Assembly: GCF_000400465.1 (NCBI RefSeq) | Contig: NW_008806279.1 | Span: 495,267-527,266 of the forward strand | Reading direction: 5' to 3' | DNA: 32,000 nucleotides | Origin: Wallemia ichthyophaga EXF-994 | Lineage: Eukaryota; Fungi; Basidiomycota | Shown here: in pieces, positions 22,851 through 32,000 of the stretch | How positions within the stretch are numbered: position 1 is the stretch's first letter | Layout of the letters: each line of letters opens with the position of its first letter | Notes under the pieces: generated by a model | The model's input: the letters and a program-made list of their open reading frames with translations, nothing else | Database searches by the model: none | What the model was told of the DNA's origin: nothing | Translations under genes and position numbers: made by a program

Positions 22851-23603
22851 ATGGAATTAATTGAGAATTACCTGGATGACTACAACAGTATTATGGAAAC
22901 GCTTAATCACAAGCTCGACGAGTCTAAATCGCAATTTGGCAGTGAGTGGCAGTGGCAGTGGCAGTGCGCCACCTAACACGCACCAGGCGAGCGCAGGACG
23001 ACGCTCAACTATGTAAAATCGGAGCTGGGCGAGTGTGAGGATATACTCAGCCAGATTGGACTCGAGATGGCTACACCACAGCTCAAGCAGCGTTACGCCG
23101 AGAAACATGGCGCGAACAGCGAGCTACTGCGTGCTATGAGAGGGGAAGTGGCCGAGCTGATAAAGACGTCAGATAGGCATGAGTTGTTCGGTGGGAACAG
23201 CAACTCAGATAGCCCGTATGACGTACACGCCGACGCGCACGACGAACGCGGTCATCTGCTGCAAGGAGTAGACCGCGTAGAGGACGGCAACCGTCGCCTC
23301 GAAAACAGCCACCGCATCGCTCTCGATACTGAGGATGTGGGTGCCGATATCCTCCGCAATCTGCGCACGCAGCGTGAGCAAATAGAGAACACGCACAATA
23401 CCCTAGGCGAGGCGGATACAGGTGGGTGGTAGCGTACAGGTGGGCTTTATGCTGACGTGATAACGTGCACAGGCATCGACAGGTCGCTCAAAACGCTCAA
23501 GAACATGTGGAGACATTCTATCAAGCAGAAGGCGATGACATGGGCTATAATTGCCGTGTTAGTGCTGCTCATCGTGATTGTATTGTGGAGTAAATTTATG
23601 TGA
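22851..23603 (+). CDS. VTI1: Qb-SNARE Vti1
   Basis: Three exons. Habc region (ENYLDDY...ERRTTL...ELGECEDILSQ), SNARE motif RLENSHRIALDTEDVGADILRNLRTQREQIE and C-terminal TM WAIIAVLVLLIVIVLW; stop at 23601-23603. Confidence 0.9.
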
Positions 23604-23655
23604 ACTTTGTACTCTTCTCGTCCTTGTTCTTCCTTGTTCTTGTGCCTACACCACC

Positions 23656-25044
23656 ATGTTTGCAAGCCTGCTGCGAAGATCAGCAGCGAACAGCGCACAG
23701 ATAACGACGCTGCCTAACAAGATACGCGTTGCATCCGACGCCACTCCGGGGCATTTCAATTCACTCGGCGTGTACATGCACGCAGGCTCACGGTTTGAGG
23801 GGGCACCCAACACGGGCATGTCGCATATAGTGGATAAGCTAGCCTTCAATGCTACGCAGACGCGCGACGCTGAGGCCGTATCCGACGAGATCACAGCGCT
23901 CGGTGGTCAATTCGTAGCTAGCAGCAGCCGCGAGACGCTCATGTACCAAGCGGCGGTATTCCGCGGCGATACGCGTGCAGCGGTGGATATCCTCAGCGAC
24001 ACCATCCTCCACCCGGCCATCACGCCCGAGGTGCTCGACTATCAGCTCCAGAGCGCACATTGGGAGGTGAAGGAGATCGAGAGCAAGCCTGATCTGATCC
24101 TCCCGGAGCTGCTGCACAACGTGGCGTACAACTACAACACACTCGGCAATCCCCTCCTCTGTCCGGAAGAAGGACTAGAAGGCATCACTACCGATGGCGT
24201 GCAGCGCTATTTGAAAGAGTGGTTCAAACCCGAGCGCATGGTCGTCGCTGGGTGCGGAATGGACCATGACGAGCTGGTGCAGCTGACGCAGGAGTATTTC
24301 GGCGGTATGGCGAGCTCGAAAGGTCCGGAGAAAGACAGCTACACGCATGACAGCGCCACGTACACTGGCGGTGATCTCTACCTGGAAGACGCCTCACAAG
24401 AGCTAACGCACGTGTACATAGCCTTTGAAGGTGTGGGCATCAATGATGACGACGTGTACGCGACGGCCATCCTGCAAATGATACTAGGCGGAGGAGGCTC
24501 TTTCTCGGCCGGTGGTCCAGGTAAGGGGATGTACAGTCGGTGTTACACGCACGTCCTCAACTACCACCACGCGGTGGATTTCTGCGCATCCTTCCACCAC
24601 TGCTACTCGGACAGTGGACTGTTTGGGGTGAGTGCAAGTGTGCTCCCTGCGTACAACCACAAGATTGTCGATATACTCTGCCGTGAACTTTACCTCCTCA
24701 CTATGCCGTCCTTCCTTGGCGGTATTAACCAGGTGGAGCTTGCGCGCGCGCGCAATCAGCTTAAGAGCAGCCTGATTATGGCACTCGAGTCGCGGATGGT
24801 CCAGGTGGAGGATCTCGGTAGACAGGTGCAGGTGAATGGGAAGCGCATCGGTGTGGATGAAATGTGCGCGAGGATCGATGAGGTGGATCTCGACACTATT
24901 CGCAGGGTCGCGCTGCGCATCCTAAAGCCGGAGAAAGGCTCGTTGAATAACGGTATGGGGTCAGGTAAACCGACCGTCGTGGCGCAGGGCAGGCTACGCG
25001 GGTTGAAGGATGTCAGAGCTTCGCTGGCTAGCTATGGCATGTGA
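23656..25044 (+). CDS. MAS2: Mitochondrial processing peptidase alpha subunit (M16B)
   Basis: AGSRFE, GMSHIVDKLAF (non-catalytic), glycine-rich loop LGGGGSFSAGGPGKGMYSR and LESRMVQVEDLGRQ; start set at MFASLLRRS. Confidence 0.93.
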   Translation: MFASLLRRSAANSAQITTLPNKIRVASDATPGHFNSLGVYMHAGSRFEGAPNTGMSHIVDKLAFNATQTRDAEAVSDEITALGGQFVASSSRETLMYQAAVFRGDTRAAVDILSDTILHPAITPEVLDYQLQSAHWEVKEIESKPDLILPELLHNVAYNYNTLGNPLLCPEEGLEGITTDGVQRYLKEWFKPERMVVAGCGMDHDELVQLTQEYFGGMASSKGPEKDSYTHDSATYTGGDLYLEDASQELTHVYIAFEGVGINDDDVYATAILQMILGGGGSFSAGGPGKGMYSRCYTHVLNYHHAVDFCASFHHCYSDSGLFGVSASVLPAYNHKIVDILCRELYLLTMPSFLGGINQVELARARNQLKSSLIMALESRMVQVEDLGRQVQVNGKRIGVDEMCARIDEVDLDTIRRVALRILKPEKGSLNNGMGSGKPTVVAQGRLRGLKDVRASLASYGM

Positions 25045-25056
25045 TATGTATTGTAA

Positions 25057-25152
25057 GATAGAGATAGATATAAGATATAGATATAAGATATAGAGACTGA
25101 GATATGTAGAGATATAGAAATATAGATACAACTCACTCACTCATTCACTCAC
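25057..25152. repeat. Low-complexity GATA(TA) and ACTC microsatellite tract between convergent MAS2 and amine oxidase stops
   Basis: Read directly: gatagagatagatataagatatagatataagatatag... followed by actcactcactcattcactcactc. Confidence 0.7.
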
Positions 25153-26497
25153 TCGCCCGGCGAGAGAGGTACTCAGATACCCTATGTGCCTCTCTGAACC
25201 CGCTCATCACAGCGCCATTAACAGAGCCGTGGTTGTGAATCTCAGTGTGCTCACCGGCGAAACCGAGTCTGCCGTCAGTGGAAGGAGCCTGGAGGGCGTG
25301 GAGTTGTTGAGGGGTGGTGTAAGTTGTAGTGGCGCCATTCGAGGTGCTGTCCTTCTTCCAGGTAGTGAGGTGTGCGGCAAGAGGGGTGCTCGCGGCGTGC
25401 GCTACTCCAGCCACCCTAGGTAAACGCTCAGCAAGCACCTCTGCACCCGCGCGCTGCACGTCTTGCTTGGAGTACATGGCTAGTGCGCGTATTGCGCCTG
25501 GAGGGAGATAGATGAGGAGGGAGGGGTGGGAGAATGTCTGCACGTTAAGGACGTGGCTCAGGAGGATTTCTTTGGGAGTGTGCTGGGAGTCTGTGGTGGG
25601 GAGGAGGGTGAATGATGGGTTGGCATCACCACTCCACCACCTTTCGCTATAAGTAAAGATGAGTTTCTCGAGTAAACCAGTTTTCGTTTCGGTGATAGCC
25701 TCTTGTTTTTGTTGAGGGAGGGGTGGCTGGAACTGGATAGATGGGAGAGTGGCGAGTGGGGCAGTGCACACTACTACCTTTGACTCAAGCTGGCCACGCT
25801 GGGTGGACACAATGCACTTGACGGGATCCTTTGTTGAGACTGAGACACAGGTGTGTTCGTGCAGGACAGATACTTTGCCGGTGCGCACGGCATCATCCCA
25901 GACGGCATTGAGGAGAGTGGCATACCCGCCTTTGACAACCGCGTCAGAACCCTGGAGCGGTTTCTCCCAGTGGAACCTGCGAGCGTCGTGAAAATTTTCA
26001 ATAGGGATGCCAAGAGGAGCGTCTAAGGAGTGGATGAGTTGGGAAGCGAGGTGGAGGAGGTGCTGATCGCTGAGAGAGGAGGAGAGAGAGGAACGGAGGA
26101 GGTGGAGAAGGGGAGTGTCGGCGCAGGAATCTTGAGCGACGTTGATTGCGAGAGAAAGGGCAGCTTGAATGGAGCGCTGGGCGGCGGGGTCGAGTGGACC
26201 GTTGCTGTCGATGATCAAGTCGTTGGTGGGTGGCGGGTGCTCGATGTCGACGCCCAAGTCCATTGCCAGAGAGTGGAGTGGGTGTGTGTGCGAGTAGCCG
26301 TGTATAAACGAGCAGCCAGCGTCAATAGCGTGGTTGTTGAGCGCAAGCGTGTTCATTCTCCCGCCCAGCCTCTCTGAAGCCTCCAAGACGATTACCGAGT
26401 AACCAGACTTGGCCAGCGTGTGGGTGAGAATGGCAGAAGAGAATCCAGCGCCAATCACAATAGCATCGGGGATAATTGAATCAGATTTATGTGGCAT
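25145..26497 (-). CDS. Flavin-containing amine oxidase (polyamine oxidase / Fms1-like)
   Basis: Dinucleotide-binding start IVIGAGFSS...VLEASERLGGR, DAGCSFIHG, VVCTAPL, GLLEKL and GFAGEHT...GSVNGAVMSGFREA. Start set at MPHKSD (26497). Confidence 0.82.
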   Translation of the reverse strand: MPHKSDSIIPDAIVIGAGFSSAILTHTLAKSGYSVIVLEASERLGGRMNTLALNNHAIDAGCSFIHGYSHTHPLHSLAMDLGVDIEHPPPTNDLIIDSNGPLDPAAQRSIQAALSLAINVAQDSCADTPLLHLLRSSLSSSLSDQHLLHLASQLIHSLDAPLGIPIENFHDARRFHWEKPLQGSDAVVKGGYATLLNAVWDDAVRTGKVSVLHEHTCVSVSTKDPVKCIVSTQRGQLESKVVVCTAPLATLPSIQFQPPLPQQKQEAITETKTGLLEKLIFTYSERWWSGDANPSFTLLPTTDSQHTPKEILLSHVLNVQTFSHPSLLIYLPPGAIRALAMYSKQDVQRAGAEVLAERLPRVAGVAHAASTPLAAHLTTWKKDSTSNGATTTYTTPQQLHALQAPSTDGRLGFAGEHTEIHNHGSVNGAVMSGFREAHRVSEYLSRRASE

Positions 26498-26528
26498 GAT
26501 GGTCACCTTCAACCAACACGTAACGACT

Positions 26529-28140
26529 ATGAAATCATTTTTAATTTTAATAGCAGCAGCAACAGCAACACTAACAAAAGGTTTTAAATTCACAGAAGAA
26601 TTCAATTCGCTGGACAACTGGGTTCAGCCTCAGCATTCCAAGTTCGTTGTAGACGTGGCTTCTGTTTATCCTGGCATCGACAAGGACACTGGGCTAGTTG
26701 CCGCAGACAAAGCTACTCACTATTCCATCCACTCCCCACTCAGCCCCGCCATCCACCCAACCCACCAAAACACCCCCTTCCTCCTCCAATACCAAGTCAA
26801 ATTGCAGGATGGCCTTGATTGCGGCGGTGCTTACATTAAATTGTTTAGTGAAAATATTCACTCCCATATCACCCCAGACACCCCCTATTCCATCATGTTT
26901 GGTCCGGACAAGTGTGGTTTCACTAATAAGGTTCATTTTATATTCACCCACTTGAACCCAATTACCGGCGAGTACACGCAACACCACCTCACCCAGCCAC
27001 CCCCTATCAAACAAAGCAAGACATCCTCACTATACACGCTCTCCATCCACCCAGACAACTCGTTCCACATCTTCATCAACGGCGACAAGGCCAGGTCCGG
27101 CAGCCTCCTCACCGACTTTGATCCCCCAGTCAACCCTCCCCATCTCATCCACGACCCACACGACTCAAAGCCTGGCAATTGGGTTGAGCACGCTGTCATC
27201 CCGGACCCATCGGCCACAAAGCCAGACGACTGGGACGAATCGCAGCCACCGTACATCCCAGACCCACACTCCCCCAAGCCTGAAAATTGGCGCCAAGACT
27301 TACCCACTTTCATTCCTGACCCCGCCATCACCCAGCCACAAGACTGGAATGAGGAGGAAGATGGTGAGTTTGTACCCCCGCTCATCCCCAACCCGGATTG
27401 TGAAAATCTGTCTGGATGCGGCACCTACACCCCCCCAAATATCCCCAACCCACTCTACAAAGGGCCTTGGACACCCCCCAGCATCGTCAACCCCGACTAC
27501 AAAGGTCCTTGGTCTCCACGCAAGATCGAGAACCCAGACTACTTCCTCGACAATCACCCACACGCTCTCCCTCCCGTCTACGCAGTTGGGTTTGAAATTT
27601 GGTCCATGTCCGCCGGAATTCTCTTCGACAACATTTTCATAGGCGATGACGAACGCGAGTTGGCGGAATTCACGAAAGCTACCTACGCCATCACGAAACC
27701 TATCGAGGAGGCTAGAGAGAGGGAGGCGCTTGAAGCTACGATCGATGATGATGTCAAGGTGCGCAGAGGCCTCATCTCCATTGCTAGAAGTCACCTCGTC
27801 GATTTTGTGGACAGATTCAACACTCACCCACTCGACGCACTCAGGGAAAGATGGGATGTGGCTAGTGTGCTGGCTGCGTGTGTGGCTGTTGTCCTCACTC
27901 TTCTTACTGGTTTGCTCGGTGTGCTTGGTGGTGCCTCTAGCACTGCTCCCAAAGCTGTCAGTTGTGTCTTGTTATTCCTCGCTCCATCTAACTCCTCTCC
28001 AGCCAGTAAAGCCAACGCAAGTGAAGATGGCCAACAAACTGGACAAGAAGGCTGAAAAGGCTGACAAGGCTGACACTCCCACTACCACAAAAGCCACCGC
28101 GAACGACGCCCATGACGCCAACCTCACAAAGAGAAGGTAA
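26529..28140 (+). CDS. CNX1: Calnexin
   Basis: Signal peptide MKSFLILIAAATATLTKG, LQYQVKLQDGLDCGGAYIKL, IMFGPDKCG, P-domain repeats (IPDPSATKPDDWDE), GFEIWSM, TM helix, one intron (27957-28002) and basic C-terminus TKRR. Confidence 0.95.
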
Positions 28141-28367
28141 ACAAAAATAGCAAATTACAAACAAGCAGCCTTTATTGTTATTGCTATTGCTGTTGCTGTA
28201 GCTATTCATCTAAATATACATGCTAATTTCACGCTACATGCCACGCTTACACTGTCTCATCCCACAAACACCCACCACACCCACACAAAAGAAGACCATC
28301 TCGAGGAAAGAGGACCGCGAATCACTGCGCATCGACCGATAACTGCCGCACCTCCCACGCAGGCCGA

Positions 28368-28815
28368 ATGCCACCAAGGCTGAAAGAAACCACTCTTCCA
28401 ATGGCAAGGGGTTGTGGATGAGCTGGGCATCGCCAAGCGCGACCAAGAAGGGTTCATAGATGCGCACAGGATATTCTACCATTACGTGCGCGTGAGTGCG
28501 AGTGGATATGTGGTGACTGTGGGCTGTTTGTTAATCACTGACAAATGCAAATGCACCAAGAAAAAGTGAAAGATGCGCGTGTGTGTCTTGCAGTGAAGCT
28601 CCAATGCTCCGATGCCCCCTCACACCTGCTTACAGGGATACAACGCTTACCCAGGCAGCCACTCCTTCGAAGAGCAAGTGCCGTCCGATATCGACACCAC
28701 CTTTATCCAACCTGTCAAGGTGCGCGTAGATTCCTTGAATCTCCCTACGCTCACATCCCATCCCACTCACCAGCTCACCGACGCTAATGCCCTCCCAAGA
28801 CGTCTTGTTCGTTAA
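28368..28815 (+). CDS. Putative small multi-exon gene, product and exact exon structure unresolved
   Basis: Typical short introns at 28581-28635 and 28720-28773 flank an exon reading GYNAYPGSHSFEEQVPSDIDTTFIQPVK, then LTDANALPRRLVR*. Candidate upstream exons MPPRLKETTLPMAR and DAHRIFYHY; the junction around 28486-28580 is ambiguous. Confidence 0.35.
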
Positions 28816-29090
28816 CCACGGCACTGCTTTGAGATACCGCGACCATTTTCCCATTCACGAAATACTTAAATCTTACCATCGCAATAAACGTTCGAGATAT
28901 CTGAGAGTGTGAATGTCTTGCTATTGACATTGCTTACGCTGCTGCTTTTTTTCAAATCTTGTACCAATTGCTTGTTTTTATTTATTACTCTGAATAATTG
29001 AAATATTTACAACATGAAACGTAATAGTTTTTGTCCAATTTTCGTCCATTTTCGCATGTTAGAAAGAAATGTAAAGGTGTCCTACCTCAT

Positions 29091-31029
29091 TCACTCTGGA
29101 ATCATATCAATTGCACTACTCAGTCCGTTCTTCAGTGCAGCCGTATTAGTGAGGTCATCCAAGATATTAGGGGTGCTAGAAGGTGTGGATGAGGATGAGG
29201 ATGAAGGTGTGGATGTCGGTGCCGATGTAGATGTAGCTGTAGCTGTGCTCTCCATCTCCCCCGCGCTCTGTAGCGACTTGAGGATATTCTGAATTGAGTT
29301 TGAGCTATCGCTAGAATCATCAGCCCTCCTCTCGAAGAATGTCTCAGCTGTGCCGCCATTTCCTGGGAGTGTATCGCTGACTTCCTTCACCGTACCCTGG
29401 AGCCCGTCGAAAACATCAGCGACGGGGTCTGGCTTTTCCTCTTCGAGCAATCTGCGCAATTTGTCGAGCCCCTTTGCGTCAGGGTTGCTGGAGGGTGAGC
29501 CTCCCTCCAAGACACCACTGAGATCGGGAGGTGAGGGGATCAGTTGGCGCGCTTTCAGTGGGAGTGCACTCAGCGGTGAGCTAGAGTCTGACTCATTCGC
29601 ACTTGTGCCGTTGAGCATACCGCCGACTACTGGCAACCCCTCTGCCATATCTTTGACACTGTCCAGCTGGCGCTTCTTGAGTGGGAGTGCATCGAGTGGT
29701 GAGCTGGTGTCGGAAGAAGATGCAGCGGCAGCAGCAGCAGCAGCAGCGGAGGGAGTGTCTGTGGTAGAATCACCAGATGAATTGTCGAGTAAACCACCGA
29801 CAATTGGCAAATCCTTAGCCATATCGGTAACACCATCGAGTTGACGCTTTTTGAGAGCATCCAAGCCGTCGTCCAAGCCCGTCAAGGACTCCCCATCGAG
29901 TGCCTCCTCTGCACCACTCTCTGCGTCCTCACCCTCGCTCTGGCGCGTCTCCTTGTGGTGGTGGCCATCGCGGTTGGTTGCGTCGAATGCGCTCTCTTTG
30001 TCCACCCTATGCACATCAGCCAGGTAGGTATCTCCATTAGCCTCCCAGAACCTGTACACGTCACGGCTACCGAGCTGGCTGACTTGCTGGAGAGGATTTG
30101 AGGGCATAGACGAGGCTGACTCCGACTCCTCCTCGTCGCCAAGTAGGCCTTCCACGGCTGTACCAACAACTGGCATCCCGCTCAGCATCTCCTTTGCGCT
30201 GTCCAGTTGGCGCTTTGTTGGCAGTGGCAGTGAAGGTGCTGCTGGCGTGCTTGACGAACCTCCAGCCAATTGCTCGAGGAGTGGTCCAACGACTGGCAAA
30301 TCAGCTTGGCGCTTCGTTGGTAGTGGGAGTGAAGGTGCTGCTGGTGTTGCTGATGATCCTCCTCCAGCCAATTGCTCGAGGAGTGGTCCAACAACTGGCA
30401 AATCAGCCTGGCGCTTCGTTGGTAGTGGGAGTGAAGGTGCTGCTGAAGATGACGAAGACCCTCCAGCCAATTGCTCGAGAAGTGGTCCAACAACTGGTAG
30501 ATCAGCCTGGCGCTTGCTTGACATAGATACATCATCAGGAACCATATCGTTAGCCTCGCTGATAGCATCCGAGATGGTCTCGTTGATCTTCATCTCAAGG
30601 TCCTCCTGGCGTTTGAGGAGATTTCCCGGTGCAGCCTTGCTCATCAAGTCGTCGACATAGTCGTTCAGCAGTCCCCTCCTCAGCTGTTCGAGAGCCTGAT
30701 CGAGTCTGCCGCCCTCGTCGAACGCGCCAGTCTCTGCATCATCACTCGTATCCCCCTCAGCACGCTTCTTGAGCTTGTCGAGGCCATTATCCAACACCTC
30801 ATCCTTCGTCGCTGCCGTTGAATCGGCAGAAGCGTCCTGCGTTGGATTCAGCTTCCCCGCTTTGTCGATCAGGCCTTGCAACACATCTGCGACTTGTCTC
30901 TGTGAGGAGTGTGAGTTACGTGTGTAGACACAACTCTACACCCACAGCCTCGTGATTCACCTGCTGCACTGGAACTGCGTTCACAGCTGTACCCGCTGCG
31001 AGAATAGTAGCTAATGTGGAAATTTTCAT
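29091..31029 (-). CDS. Secreted Kex2-processed repeat protein (KEP-like polypeptide precursor), ~630 aa
   Basis: Exon 1 (31029-30946) encodes signal-peptide-like MKISTLATILAAGTAVNAVP; 46-bp intron 30900-30945; exon 2 is 30899-29091. Eight KR sites (seven followed by Q), repeated [LM]P[VI]VGx[LMA][LV] modules, no Cys. Confidence 0.85.
30208..30507. repeat. Three near-identical coding tandem repeats (99, 102 and 99 bp)
   Basis: Units start at 30208, 30307 and 30409 (tggcgc...); each encodes QADLPVVGPLLEQLAGG(S/G)...AAPSLPLPTKR on the minus strand. Confidence 0.95.
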
Positions 31030-31257
31030 CTTGACTTGTTCAGTTGTTGGGTTGTGAGAGAGAATAATTGAGCCAACTAACGACAGCTCCCCGGCTCAAT
31101 ATATTCCGTTTAATTTACTCATGAATACTTACCGGAAATGGCCATTATTGTGCGTTTCATCTCTATGTCTCGGCGAATTGATCCGAACCAGCCAAATAAC
31201 ATCCGCATTTGGAATAATCTCACGCTCGCAATGTTTGTAAATAAATTAAATCGGTTC

Positions 31258-32000
31258 CTACATGACACCAAATTGTTGACGCTATATGACTTGTCAGTAT
31301 TGTAAAGCGATACACACCCACCCACCAAAGCCCTAATCGAATCTCTCTGATCCATAGGCAGCTGATCGATCTGCTGTTGGGAGAATGACAACACCTGCAT
31401 CACCATAGCCTGCTGTTCTTGAGGCAGGGCCTGAACCTTTGCCTGTACTGGGTCAGGAGCTGGAGGCTGTGCATAAGCCGGTGGTTGAGCGTAGGTCTGG
31501 GCGTAAGTAGGAGTCTGAGTCCTATACATAGCCTGTTGCTGCTGTTGCTGCTGTTGGTACATAGGCGTAGCCATCGGTGGAGTAGGCACCATCTGAGGCT
31601 GTGGTGGCGCAGCAGCTGCCGGCATGAGTCTCTGATACGTTTGTGAGTGCTTAAACTCTTCAAAACACCCCGACAAACCTGCACGACGTGGTTATCAACC
31701 AGATTCATCATCAACATTGCTTGGAAGAGGGCGTAAGAGAGCTGTGGGTTCTGAACTAGGAGCTGTCTGACAGTGTTAGATTCAGTGTGCACAGACGCCT
31801 TCATCTGGGCCATAACATCGAGGAGCTGGTTGGGTGGGAGACTAGCGAGTGTCTGGCTAATGCTGTCTGTGGCTGACTGAGTGGGAGGAATATCGACGCC
31901 CATGTTTGCAGCAGCGTGGGGCGGTGGGAGAGGAGCGTATTGCGGTGTAGACGCTACGCCGCTACCACCGCCAACACTGCCAACACCGCCAACACCGCCA
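31258..32000 (-). CDS. RNA15: Cleavage stimulation factor 64-kDa subunit (Rna15/CstF-64), C-terminal part; RRM lies beyond the window
   Basis: Hinge domain DSISQTLASLPPNQLLDVMAQMK...RQLLVQNPQLSYALFQAMLMM, P/Q-rich linker and C-terminal MQVLSFSQQQIDQLPMDQRDSIRALRQQFGVM*. Introns at 31632-31678 and about 31285-31328. Confidence 0.88.

Noticed and set aside
26409-26617. Apparent antisense overlap of long ORFs 25145..26617 (-) and 26409..28055 (+)
   Set aside because: The overlap comes from ORF extensions upstream of the real starts (26497 and 26529); the coding regions do not overlap.
28234-28854. Minus-strand ORFs 28234..28482 and 28630..28854 as genes
   Set aside because: No recognisable homology, and the splice signals favour a plus-strand gene; not fully excluded.
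28200-31300. Dikaritin/ustiloxin-type RiPP gene cluster around the KR-repeat protein
   Set aside because: No DUF3328/UstYa oxidase, tyrosinase or other tailoring gene nearby, and the repeated cores lack the Tyr used for cyclisation; linear peptides are more likely.

Overview
Eukaryotic (fungal, basidiomycete-type) genomic DNA with very high gene density: about 22 protein-coding genes in 32 kb, GT-AG introns of about 45-55 bp, and intergenic gaps often under 100 bp. This compactness suggests a Wallemia-like genome (inference, not verified). Gene order: BPL1 biotin-protein ligase (5' part, -), RIB7 (+), MIA40 (+), 6-phosphofructo-2-kinase/FBPase-2 (-), orphan spliced gene (-), PGK1 (-), ING-family PHD protein (-), mitoribosomal mS45/Bot1 (-), PIF1-family helicase (+), divergent histone H3(-)/H4(+) pair, DHA2 MFS transporter (+), YTP1-family membrane protein (+), ankyrin-RCC1-BTB (IBTK/Btb1-like) protein (+), mitoribosomal mL38 (+), VTI1 (+), MPP alpha (+), flavin amine oxidase (-), calnexin (+), unresolved small spliced orphan (+), a secreted Kex2-site repeat polyprotein (-), and the 3' part of RNA15/CstF-64 (-). 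I recognised no rRNA, tRNA, CRISPR array or transposon. The best candidate for an undescribed system is the ~630-aa Cys-free secreted precursor at 29091-31029, predicted to be cut at KR|Q sites into a family of amphipathic LPVVGxLL peptides. Also notable are a histone H4 whose canonical C-terminus is broken by a 5-nt insertion giving a hydrophobic tail, head-to-head gene pairs with start codons only 20 and 31 bp apart, and an orphan gene behind three MCB boxes. All exon boundaries were inferred by eye.
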